Of a stretch of DNA of 43,992 nucleotides, positions 1 through 11,525 are shown piece by piece; position 1 is the stretch's first letter, and each line of letters begins with the position of its first letter. The stretch lies in assembly GCA_013115125.1 (NCBI GenBank), contig JABANN010000278.1, positions 1 to 43,992 on the forward strand, written 5' to 3'. The notes beneath the pieces are model-generated. The model was not told the origin of the DNA. It did no database searches and worked only from the letters and a program-made list of their open reading frames with translations. Source of the stretch: Perkinsus olseni. Its lineage: Eukaryota. The translations under genes were made by a program, and so were the position numbers.

Positions 1-56
1 TACAGGCCATGGGGACAGATCGGCCACAATAATGTATTACAGTAGGCAATCATTGA

Positions 57-743
57 AAAGGCGGTTCACTACACTCGAGCAAGGTTGACCAAGCCGCCGA
101 GGGATGTGTACGTCGTCACGGTTGCTTGTGTACGTCCAACAGCGACAGGAACGCAGGCATCTGTCCCTACCATGTCCTCTGGCATTTGTGTCTCACGCGC
201 AAGCTTCAACGTGCTTGCCCGGGGTCGGCGGTGCTGGCGAATGAGCGTGGCAACAGGTTCCTGAAGAAGGAGTTCTTGGAATGTTTCCGGCGTGACGCGC
301 GGGAGAGTGGTATTGTCGTTGGGCCGAATTGTACCCTGGGTACCCACTCGTTCCGTCGTGGCGGTGTTCAGTTACTGGCTCTTGGTGGGGCCGCGTCTAG
401 AGATCAGTTGAAGCTCTTCGGCCGTTGGTCTTCTGATTGTATCGATAACTACCTGGAGGAGACGCTTATAGCTGACAGCCCTAGCTATGCCGCGCGTGCA
501 GTTAGCAGCGTCCAAGGTCAAGCGGTTCGTGCGGAAGTGGGACCAGCCTCAGTGCCCCACCAGCTTCCTCGGCCTGCTCCTGCCTCTTCGGAGGATCTAC
601 CGGCTGCAGAAGGCCTGCCGGCAGCTTCTGGTCTCTCACGTTCCCAAGCCCCTAAGAACAGATGGCTCACGGTTCCTGTGAGTGGTTGGTTCCGACAGGA
701 TCGGCCACAAGGCCTCACTACGAGAAAATGTCACAGTCACTGA
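57..743 (+). mobile_element. Tyrosine recombinase C-terminal fragment (DIRS/Ngaro- or Crypton-like element), 5'-truncated or degenerate
   Basis: Frame is open from 57 (TGA at 54-56) and reads SKVDQAAEG...ICPYH...GTHSFRRGG...LFGRWSSDCIDNYL. This gives the catalytic Lys (SKxDQ), HxxR, W and Tyr of eukaryotic YR elements. No introns. The first catalytic Arg box is absent. Confidence 0.8.
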
Positions 744-1275
744 GAGTTCTCGGGTCCGTCACCACACGTTGGTGCTACCATCTATCTTGGGCAGGTTCAG
801 CGTCCGATCCATTGATGTATATCGGCATAGTGCCCTGTCGTGCTTGGTCGGCGGCTGTATATGGATATTGCTGTATATCTGCTTCATCGAACCGCTGAGT
901 CAAGATGATAGCCCAATCCTGTGGTGTCTTGTGTTCGAGTCGAGGTTTGGCACGCGAAGGCAATGAACTGTATATACAGTGTAACCATCTCACTGAGTGG
1001 TGATACCCGGACACTTTCGTTGCTGCCGGTTCAAAACGTGTTGCGTCATCCACACCCCGGAATAAAATGAGATGCTGCTGCTCGCGAGCTGCGCACACCA
1101 GTGAAGGCCAAAGCCGGTACTGAGGCGTTGGACTATGAACTCACACACGAATTCAGTCGTTTAGATTACTGTGTCAAATTATCAATCATCAAGGAGTAAC
1201 ATGTCCCCACGCTACTTCCCAACACCTACACTGTGAACTCGACTCAATCAGTTGTGGTTAGTAAGGAACATCGTT

Positions 1276-2575
1276 CTACATACGTTTCTGTCTCTTGTTA
1301 GACATCTTGTAGTCCTGCTGAGCGCCAGCCTTCCGCCCCCACGAGGCTTGCTCTCCCGCCTTCTCCGAGTAGTTGTTCTTCCGTTTCTGGGACTTCATAA
1401 TATTTCTCTGTCGCTTGTACTCGGGGTCGTACTGATCATAGTACGTCAGAGGCAAATCGTGGACATCCTTCACCGCGAGAACTCCTTCAGAGCCCTCCAT
1501 TGCTGATTGCATGTCCTCTGGCGTGCACACGCCACAACCATTAATGAACCAGAACGAAGGGAAAGGGCTCGTCTTGGCCTCATCGGAGCTCGCACGCAAG
1601 TGTCTCGGGGTTTGGTAAACTGAGAAGAGTAGTCATCCAGAAGCCCAGATACCATCCATTCCCCAGCTAATAACGAGGGACACAGACTACTAATAGGCTC
1701 CAACAGAGAAGGGGCGGAAATGCGCGGAGTCAAATAAGGAGGATGCGACCTCCATTGCTTACCATATCTTTTCTTGGGCGCCACGAAGAACATCCCAGAC
1801 TGGCCAGGCTTCTCAATCAACTTCTTGTAGAAATCCTTCATATAAAACCAGTTGGGCACCAACCACAACCATGGCTTCCCCACCTTCGCCGTGAAATCGG
1901 CCAACTTTTCAGGCTGAAACAAAAATAATACCCAACCAAGTCGATGATGACCCAACAACTGATTTCTAAACCAGTTCCAACCGTACGGGCACATCACGGC
2001 CGGTAGCGGTCCTCCCATACAGTGAGACGGTGGCGGTGCATCCGAAAACTTTGACTCACATGCTCTCCACTATAAGGTGGATTGGTGAGCAAAACGTCGA
2101 ATTCCGGTGACTCGACCGAGTAGAAGTCCTCGCATTCATTATAGACATTAGTGAATCCCAATGCCTTCAAGTTGTCCACTACAGCTCCGTTGCAGTAATA
2201 CCTGAAGTGAATCCGAAATGTCGAAAATCACGCAAGTCGAGTTCATCATCGGAGGGGCTCTTACGGATCGTAAATTTTCAAATCTTCTTTGCTCTTCCCC
2301 AACTTCTCCGCCATTAGCTCAAGTATCGGCCCGACATGGCCGTATCTAAGTTTGAAGACAGCTCTTGATGGAAAGCAGCACACGATGACGTACGCCTTGG
2401 CAGGCGACTCAGCATGATCCAGCGAGTCGGTCGGATAGGGGAAAGCCTTTGACAGCACTTCCTCGACGGAGGTGCTCTCTGGTGTGCTTCCGCCTTCATC
2501 CACGGCCAGCTTCGGCTCAGCGGGCTGCTTCGACTGTTTCTTGTTCTTCCGTCGAGTTTGCTTCGTCCTGGCCAT
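1276..2575 (-). CDS. Putative SAM-dependent amino (N6-adenine-type) methyltransferase with histone H3-like N-terminus
   Basis: Manual splicing over 4 GT-AG introns gives MARTKQTRRK...KIYDPYYCNGAV...NECEDFY...DVLLTNPPYSGEH...KPWLWLVPNW...TSPFPSFWFI...KRQKRM*. It has a motif I-like DPYYCNG and a motif IV NPPY. Confidence 0.75.
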
Positions 2576-3035
2576 GCTTATCCAAAACACTGCTATGACG
2601 CGGGGTAAGCTATTCCTTAATGATCGCAATCATATGAAAATCCACAGTGTCAAGTCCAGAGAGGGGTTCCCAAGAACCAGAGGAGCTCGACCATCGTACC
2701 CAATGAGGCCAATCATGTCACGCACGGCTTAACGAGCCCGCCGCCCGCTAAAACCTCCATCGCGTACATAGGTGAGCATGAAGCTCAACGGAGCATGCCG
2801 GTTATAGTTGTCGTCGAAGGCATCTCGCTTGCCTTGCATCAGGGGAGCAGTGGAGACATAGTCCGCCTGGAACCTAGTCCCGCAGGGCCACCCACACTTG
2901 CCACCACTCCACGCAACACGGAAAAAAAAGGGAAAGGGTCAAGAAGAAATGGCTAACAGGCAGCCCAAAAAACGAATGGTTTGACTATACAGCAGCAAGT
3001 ATCGAGTAACATTTAGAGTGGTTTCTCGGCAGAAG

Positions 3036-5891
3036 CTAGACTTCTGAAACCGCTGAATCAGCCGACTCGAATGCGGCTGTATCAACGAACGAGCATCGGC
3101 TCGTGTATTGAACAGAGAACTCCACCGCACTGTGGACCTGAACAACAACAAGAAGAAGACTCAACGCTTGCTGTGTAGTACTGAAAGATAACGCTGCTGG
3201 CTCTCCATAGTAATTACTTACATCAGTGAAGAGTATACTATGGTCATCGTCCAGTTTGCAGCCCAATCGCAGGAGAAGCTCGTGCAGCCTTCGATCGACG
3301 TGCCCGTTGACGAGACTCTGGGCTACTTTACATTTACACGATGCAAGCGCTATGAACTTGCCCTCAAATTTTGTGTTGATAACGTCGATAAGGTCCTTAA
3401 TAGTGTCAACGCCTGTCGAATCTACAAAAGATACTGCGGACATATCCAGAACAACCACCTTGACCTCGTCGCTGGAGATCTCCTCAAGGACACGATCCTT
3501 GAAGTTATCGCTGTTAGCGTACCAAAGAGGCGCTTGGAAGTCCAGTACCACCACGGTCGAGATTGTTGCCAAGCAACGTGACTTCTTCAACGGCACGTAC
3601 GTGGTCGTTCCTGGCACACGGCCAAGGCGTTTGACCTTCGTACGCACGCTCGAACGAAAAATGAAGACCAGAAGGGTGAGTCCGACCGCGGTGGGCACTG
3701 CAATGTGGATACCAGTGAAGAGCATAAGAGCAAAGGTGACTACCCACACGACGAAGTCGATGAACTGCATCATCTTCAACAATGCCACAGGGGACTTGAA
3801 GTCCACCATCTTCGCAACAGCTACAACAACGTTGGCAGCTAGCACCGCTTCAGGCAAGTAAAAAAATACTGGGGTTAGTAACAGCAGGACGATGGCGATT
3901 ACCACGGAGCGTACGATGGCAGTAACTTGACTTCTCCCACCACACATAAGGGCCGCTGAGGTATTACACAAGGACCCCATCATAGGGAAGCCGCCAAGGA
4001 GCATCTGTGCGATGTTAGCAATGCCCAGTGATATGAATTCCCTATTCGGCGAGACTGGCTTCCGACCGCCGTGATCTTTGTAGATTTTCTTAGCCAGAGC
4101 GATGGACTCGAGGTACCCTGCTAGGCCGGCTAGGAGCGCTGTGGGGATGAGAGAGACGAAGTGAGCTCTCCACAAGGCTTGGGCGGGGAATAACGAAAAC
4201 GGTATGGGGATGCCTCGAGGGATCTGCCAGAAGGCAATGAGCGAATCCAACGGACTGTGTACACTAACCTCTCCCACTATCTCAATGCCATGCTGATCGT
4301 ACCGCACAGCATATCCGAGGGATATCGATATCACTAGTGTAGCCAAGGCAGCATAAGGCCGGGTTAGCTTAAACCACCGCATGGCGAGAATCTACAAGCA
4401 GCGAATAGTAGAAAAAGAAGAAAATTGTCCATCGTGAGACAGCAATCGGCTTCGCAAATGCCTTGTTAATTGATGACGATTCATCCACACAGCCTGTCGG
4501 TGGGCGGAAGCAGCAGACAAGGTGGGTGAAGCGGCGAAACACGTTGAACTTACTATAAGGAAGGCTATACACGATATGACAACAGTGTAAGGGTTGATCT
4601 GGCCGAGGTTGGTGATGATCTTCACAACAGCTTCGTGGACAAGAGTGCTACTCTTTACGTCAATACCTGTGAGTATGAAGGACAGTATCACTGGCGAGGC
4701 AACTTGCCTCAGGCAAGCAACCCTCCCCGACGCCGACCGTTCTACTAGAGATCCAATCCACTGAAACTTTGCAACGAAAGCCTTGCCGCCGGCCTACCTA
4801 GCAGGAGCTTCAGCTGGGAGCTGATGACCACTACCGCGATTGATGTGAGGAGGGCGGACATGAGGGGCCTCGATAGAAACTTCACAATCCACCCAAACCG
4901 CAGGAGGCCAAGGCCGACGTAAAGTACAGCCACCTGAACCAGTCATGAAGAGAAGTGAGAAAAACCCTGGGAATATGGATACCATAATGCTAGCCATTAT
5001 GGCTAGCGACCCCTTGTCCTCATCCGAGATTGGCAACCCTCCGAGCTGCGCTCCTAGTAGGAGAGAGGGCATGGCCATCGGCCCGACGATCACCAACGAC
5101 GAGGAACCCTGCACGGGAACGAATGGTTTTGAGAGGACGAGTTGTGAGACCTACTAGAAAGGCATATATAACAGGGGGTAGTAGGACTGCGTAAAGTCCA
5201 TAGACGGGCGGCAGGCCTGCCAAGGCGGCGTAGGCCAGGGCCTGGGGTATGGTTATGGACGAGAGAGCGATGGCTGCTATGATCTCCGGGAGGAGGTCCT
5301 TACGCCAATCATAGGGCAACCTAAGATACGATACATCGCCCTTCCCAGCAGGCCTTGCATGTCCCACACTACCACGCAGGGACCATCCCTCGGACAAACT
5401 CTCTCCACCAAAGGGTAACAGCCTTCCGCCAGCCAAGCTTCCGGAACGTGCAAGAGGCGGGCTGTTCGTGCCCCTTCACAGCTTCTCTGTTTTCGTGCAT
5501 TGAGTTCTTCGGGCTGTCCCCTCCCATACACAGAGTCTCGAAATCGTGACGAATCTCCTCCACCAGAGCTGCCTTATCGGGCGAGAGATTCTCGTACTGC
5601 GTTGCTAGCCGCCGCAGCTGCTGCTCGAATACTCCCAATCCCCAATGCCTCCGCGACAGTCCTTGCCGCCCATCCAACTCCACTTCGTAGTGCTCGAGAT
5701 CTGCCAGCGACTGCAGCGGGGCACCTGAGGGCGATTGCCCGACACATTAGTGGAGGCAGCCCACTACCCTGCTCGGTGGTTCGGACGAATTCGTCACGGC
5801 AGGAAACGGAATCTTCTACTGAACCACTGCCACCCTCGATATCACTACCCGGTGACGCAGTGACTCGACTATTGCGAGAAGGGCTCGGCAT
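3036..5891 (-). CDS. SLC26/SulP sulfate/anion transporter with C-terminal STAS domain
   Basis: Exons encode IPQALAYAALAGLPPVYGLY, GSSSLVIVGP, GLLRFGWIVKFLSRP, PNREFISLGIANI, LGRVPGT and the STAS motifs APLWYAN and VVLDMSAVSFVDSTG. Multi-exon; both ends approximate. Confidence 0.92.
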
Positions 5892-6142
5892 GAACGTCGA
5901 AAACCCCTGCTAAGCTCCTGTTAAACCCCAAGTACATACCCCGCTCGCCCAACTCAAACGAAACACGGCAAGGATTTGCTCACCAGCTGAACAGACGTTT
6001 CATCATACTGACTGCTACTGCAGCTGCTGGTCCTCGTCACAACAATTAACAAATAAAGGGATTGCGGGCACCACAGCCCTCCTTGCCCGACTTATTATAA
6101 TATTGGCATGCATCTTAACGAGAGCTGCAATGAGCTCTGCTC

Positions 6143-6852
6143 TCACAGAGCACGCTTCTTCTTGTGATAGGGCGTCTTCACCGTCAGGCTTTGGTGGATG
6201 TACGGTACGACTCCACCTGATAGCAAACATGGGAACAGTAAAGAGATGCGATCCCACCTCCAGCTATGGTAGCACGGATGAGAACGTCGAGCTCATCGTC
6301 ACCGCGAATGGCGAGTTGCAGATGTCGTGGAGTGATACGTTTCACCTGACACGGACGACGGCATTGGGGCAGGCAACTGCGGCAAGATGTTTACCTTCTG
6401 GTCCTTGGCAGCGTTACCAGCGAGTTCAAGGACTTCAGCTGTGAGGTACTCCAGGATGGCCGCTGTATACACAGCCGCAGTAGAGCCGACTCGGCAGCTA
6501 GTGGTCGTGCGATCCTTCAGATAACGCTGAACCCTTCCCACAGGGAATTGAAGGCCAGCCCTAGCAGATCTGGCCATAGATGAGCCCTTGCCGCCACCAA
6601 CCTTCCCTTTACCACCGTGAACCTGCACATCGGGAAAGGTTCGAGCGATGATAAAAGACGTTCCGACTCACTTTAGCACCCTTCCCGCCTTTGCCACCCT
6701 TACCTCCTTGCAGACCAGCGCCTTTGAGGCCCTTACCACCGGCTAAAGGAGCAACAGAGGGTGATGGCGCTGAGCTACGTGTTGGGATACCTACCTAGTT
6801 GGGTGACCACGGGCACCGACATGGCAACCTCAGCTTGCTTGAGGTCAGACAT
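6143..6852 (-). CDS. H2A.Z: Histone H2A.Z variant, paralogue 1 (5 exons)
   Basis: Spliced product reads MSDLKQ...[18 protein letters not shown]...[14 protein letters not shown]...[73 protein letters not shown]...KKKRAL*. These are H2A.Z-diagnostic segments. Confidence 0.95.
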
Positions 6853-7498
6853 AATTATAGAGATGCCGGGTAATATACTAAGCAGGTCGGAATGACATCA
6901 CCGCCACGACCAACGCACCTCCCGAGTGGTAGCGGTCGAACATAAGCCTCTTGCGCAGGTGAGCGCTGTAGAGGGAATTTCTACAATGAGCAATTCGCGA
7001 GTCGTTTTAACCCACGAACGTACCGCACAGCGGCAAAACCGTCACGGCAAGATGCGTTCTTGCACTCTCATTGCACGCGAGAGAAAATGCTTAAGAGTTC
7101 GCAAGTGTGCAAGATACAGCGCAGTTGTTGTGTCGACACGCAGCGCATAGGATCGGGTGAGCTTCACCTTACTACCGAGATCACGGTTCAATGTCGCTCT
7201 AATGAGGGGGCTTCCCCGCAAGCTTGTTAATGGTCTCGCCATATCCCGGATGCATACTCCGAAACGACCTTAATTCCGGCTTCCGTGTCCTGTGTTATGA
7301 TGTCAATGAAACATTTGCCCGTCTCCGGGCTTCTGCTGTTGCCGCTTGACATCGATAGGGTCCATAAGGATTCCACGCAGATTGCGGGTGAGTACTGCGC
7401 GTTTATATATCGGGCATCGGGAGGCGAACGAGGAAGAGCAAATCAGTGGAAGCCTCGTGGCGCGACTGTGGGGTTGATGTATTGGCAGTTTTAGTGCT

Positions 7499-9989
7499 TT
7501 GAGTTTATTGCTCATCATCATAAGTGGACCACCTTCTAAGAGCGGTGTAGAGAACCTTCCCGGTGAACCTGACGCTGCGGGCTCGCCCGACCACCTCAAT
7601 GACGCATTGGAGTCGGGCCACTCGCAAGGCGACGATGGTGAGCTCGTTGATGACTCTCCTGAGCTCATCTCAACTCCTTCAGGGTCCGCCCCAGATGCCC
7701 AGCCAGCATCGATGCATCGAGAGCGGACCGTACGTCTTAATGGAGGGTCGAATGAGGATCTGCGAGGAGATGAGGAACTCCAGGGAATAGAAGTTGCCAT
7801 AGATACCAACATAGTTGGGAACGATACCGAGCAGCACGTTCTGAGATCGTTCGGCTATAGGTTCCACGACGTTTGGCCGCTCGCCAATCCACCCTACAGT
7901 ACGTTGCTATAGTGCTGGTAGATAAGCATAACACAGCCTACAGGATAAGTGTGTTCCTTCTCTTGGTGAGTTTAAGACAACAATACAACAGTCTTGGGCC
8001 TCGACGGGCCTTTTGCTTGGGGGATAATTCCGCTGTCTCCTCGTATACGAGAGGACTTCTCCGATGCTTTCCTTCGGTGATGAGTCTAAGAGCGTCCCCC
8101 AACCTCCGTCGGCAGGTACTCCTCGCCTTCATCTGTGCTATTCAATGCTATGCTCAGTTCATTGTACCAGTACCCCCAACGGCCGCTGAGTTGGACACCC
8201 TTGCCCCGGAAACCCTCACAAATCCCCAGAATACTCGTTATGAAGTCACCGCAGTTGGCGTAGTTGAAAGTATCATGCTCGGAGCCGTTGGGGTGGTTGC
8301 ACTAGGCCGCGCAGCGATTGTGCTGAAAAAATTATTCATGAGCGATCAAGCGAAGATGAATGTCATGAGATATCTGTTCCCGGGCGTAACGATGAAGACC
8401 CAAATAGACTGGCCCGAGTGGTCCATCAAGGATCGAATCATGACCGCTGTGCAAACAATTAGAAGCAAGTTGGAGATAGGAGGAGAATGGTTCTGGTACG
8501 GCTTTTTCGGCCCTATCATCGCATCTACCCTACTGCAAATCACTCGTCTGATGGAGCAAGGCGGGCGCTCCTTGTCTGGTGAGCAAACCTTCGTTGCAGA
8601 CCGTACAGCTATCATGACACAGGCTACTATCATTATGTTGGTACTGGTCATCGGCCCAACCACCCTCATACTCAACAACAGAGTCTGGGCGGCCCTTTTC
8701 GATATTATAGCTGCCTTCAGCTTCACTGCTGCTTACCTCATAGTGTCTGGTGACATCGTCCAGCCCGACACCTGGCATGCTCTGCACTTTCACACTCTCA
8801 TCTCCTTCCTATCAAGTCTTGTCCCTACCGTTGCTGCATTGAACAACATCATGGGTGTTGATGAATATCTTTTAGAGATCGCTCGGAACCCTGCGCTCAC
8901 TCGCGCTGGGAAACGAGCGCATCCCGGATACTACGTCGTCAGTCTCGCACTCTGGGGTCTGGGCATCGGTGGCTATGTCTACGTAACGATGTCCCAGTTC
9001 AAAGGCAACTGTGATGAATTCATTCCAAGATTTGGTGATGAGTGTTTGCTCCCCGTATATCCTATCTTTGACTCCAAGTCGTGTGACTGTCGCATGGCCA
9101 TACTGTACCTGAATGAGAAGTGTGCGGATGAGGACATGGTCCGCCTGTCACTATACAACAGGCTGGAGTATCTGCAGGTCTCCAACAACACGACCCCGTC
9201 GCCCACATGTACAGATCAATCACAAGCTATCCTCAATACGGTTTCACAGTTCAAGGAGCTCGTAGTTCTGAGTTTCGTGGCTACGCCTACACAGACGCTG
9301 TACTTGGAGGAACTACCTCTCCTTGAAGTCCTCGGTGCGACAGCAACCCAGCTGACCACCATACCTCACAATATACATCAGTTACTCCCCTCCATCCGCT
9401 CCTTCCAGTTCCAGTTATCACGAATCGAACAGCTGCCGTTCGACTCGTTCCAGCAGATGCGTTACCTCGAGTATGTTGGTTTGGCTGGTAACCCGATTTG
9501 CGTGGGTGGTGATTTTCCTGAGTGGACTATTGGAATCATGGACTGCGGGGCAGGGTCGGGAGCGGCCTGTGCGGTTGACGACTCTCTCATCGGCTTATCA
9601 CAGTCACTCACGGGGTACTGCGAGAAATGGTTGCAGAACGGCGCTTCGACGCTATGCCTTCCAGCTTGTAGCACCAATCATGCAATATACAGTGCTTTGG
9701 ATAGAGATGGCAGTGAATCAATGAGCCCACCAGAGAACACTGAACTCCTGCAAATGTTTGGCCTGGCACCGGCGGGGACCGATATGAGTGCTGCCCTGCA
9801 TCAATGCGTCATGGAGTCCTGCGGCAAAGAGCCTTCGGACGATATAGCATTCCCGGTTCAAGCAGTGGTAAGCACTGGCAAGACCCTTTCGGGTTATGGG
9901 CTATGACGTTGCTAGCATTTTCACGGTTGCTTCTCCTTTTTCAGCTCTTCAATCGCGGTGAATCCAGCTGCGAAACATGTGAATTCTGA
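7499..9989 (+). CDS. Multi-pass membrane protein with C-terminal leucine-rich repeats and an EF-hand-like loop
   Basis: A large exon (about 8117-9867) has several hydrophobic helices, then CDCR, LRR-like LPLLEVLGATATQLTTIP / LPSIRSFQFQLSRIEQLP / MRYLEYVGLAGNPIC, and DRDGSESMSPPE. The last exon LFNRGESSCETCEF* ends at 9989. The 5' end is uncertain and may start near 7300. Confidence 0.65.
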
Positions 9990-10574
9990 CCAACTTTAAT
10001 AACTATCATAAATGTATTGGCTCATGCAATTTATCAAGCTGTTCACTTCCTTGTGCGACTCTATAGTGTTAGTAACACCAGTCATCTGATGACTGTCATC
10101 ACGGCCAATTCATTGGTGGCTGTATACGCGATCATCGAGAGTACGTCGCAGGTGACCTGCACAGGTGAGTCGCGAAGCGTGCGGAGTCTTGGTTGCACAC
10201 GAACGTCTACTGAGTGCTCACTCCATAGCAATCAAAGTTTGATCACCAAACCTATCCTCGGTATCAGAACTGGTGTTGCTGCGGACTCAGTGATACCCTC
10301 AGTGACAAGGCAGTGTCTGGAAGCTAGCTCGAGGGCTGCGCAGGACCCGATGCGGGTCCTCTGCCTCCTGGCCGGAGAACGAATGCCTTGGACGGCGTCC
10401 AATGGACGTCGATAGCACCGCTCAGCGAATGGCGCTGCGAGTTCTTCGTCGCTCGGAACTCAATAACGCAAGACCGAATAGTCGATGAGGAGCTATTGAT
10501 GTGATTCGACGCTGAAGAAGTAGATGCAAAGTTTTTGTATTCTATTTCATTGAGTTTTGGTAACATCTTCAAGG

Positions 10575-11416
10575 CTAGTTCTGCATGAATCGAGGCATCG
10601 TCATCGAGAAGGGCTGCTGCTGTTGCTGCGTTGGTACCGAAGGCGCTGTAGTCTTCTTCTTCTTCCCTTTAGACGAGGACGGCTTCATAGCCAGACTAGA
10701 ATGAATTTGGGGTATAACGCCACCTACAGCAGTCGCACAACGTAGAGTAAAAAGCATTCTAACGAGCCGTTCTCACCTCCAGAGATGGTGGCCTTGATGA
10801 GTTTGTCCAGCTCATCGTCTCCACGGATTGCCAACTGCAAGTGCCGAGGGGTAATCCTTTTTACCTGAAGCAGCCGACGCCTGCGTGGGGCTACAGCCAT
10901 GGGTTTTGCGGAGTCGACAAAACCCTCACCTTGAGATCCTTCGCAGCATTGCCGGCCAGCTCGAGCACTTCAGCTGTGAGGTACTCGAGGACAGCAGCAG
11001 TGTAGACAGCTGCTGTGGCGCCAACCCTCACATGAGAGATTGCTCGGGTCTTCAACTGTCGATACAGTCGGCCTACAGGGAACTGCAGCCCCGCTCGAGC
11101 TGATCTCGATGTCGATCTCTTCACACTGTGCCCCCCCTTGCCACCGCGAACCATCTAGCACAACCACAATATGCACCTTAGGGAGGCTAGGGATACGTAC
11201 CTTGGACGCTTTGCCACCCTTTCCCCCCGACATTATGGGAGACTTCATAGCTCGGCCACCGCCTGAGGGACAACACGGATGCTGAGCACACTTGCTGATA
11301 GCAACACATTCAATGCCGAGCAACACACATAAGGCTGACCGTGGAGAGTGTCCCGACTCACCTAGTATCGAGGCAACACTCAAAGGAGAGGATGGCGAGC
11401 CTGTCTCTTGCACCAT
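10575..11416 (-). CDS. H2A.Z: Histone H2A.Z variant, paralogue 2 (5 exons, extended C-tail)
   Basis: Spliced product reads MVQETGSP...[18 protein letters not shown]...[15 protein letters not shown]...[73 protein letters not shown]...PRFMQN*. Confidence 0.93.
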
Positions 11417-11525
11417 TAATGAGGCTATCGGGGGATGTTAAGTCTGCTATATTTAGACGTCGCGGACGACACGATTCTCACTTCAACAACGCAAGAACGG
11501 CAGAGTGTGCGGTCACGGGAACATC

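Noticed and set aside
2261-2575. Histone H3 gene suggested by MARTKQT
   Set aside because: Similarity stops after 10 residues. There is no histone fold, and the frame splices into a methyltransferase-like domain.
57-2575. Methyltransferase as the MT domain of the neighbouring DIRS-like element
   Set aside because: It is on the opposite strand, has four introns and its own start, and is not attached to RT/RNase H. It looks like a host gene.
2729-2880. Possible extra exon or ncRNA between the methyltransferase and the transporter
   Set aside because: There is a short minus-strand open frame after an AG, but no convincing splice partner and no recognisable RNA motif.
3226-3861. Long antisense ORFs (also 11820-12431, 24257-24985, 35781-36617, 43107-43871)
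   Set aside because: They are shadows of well-supported genes on the other strand and have no motifs of their own.
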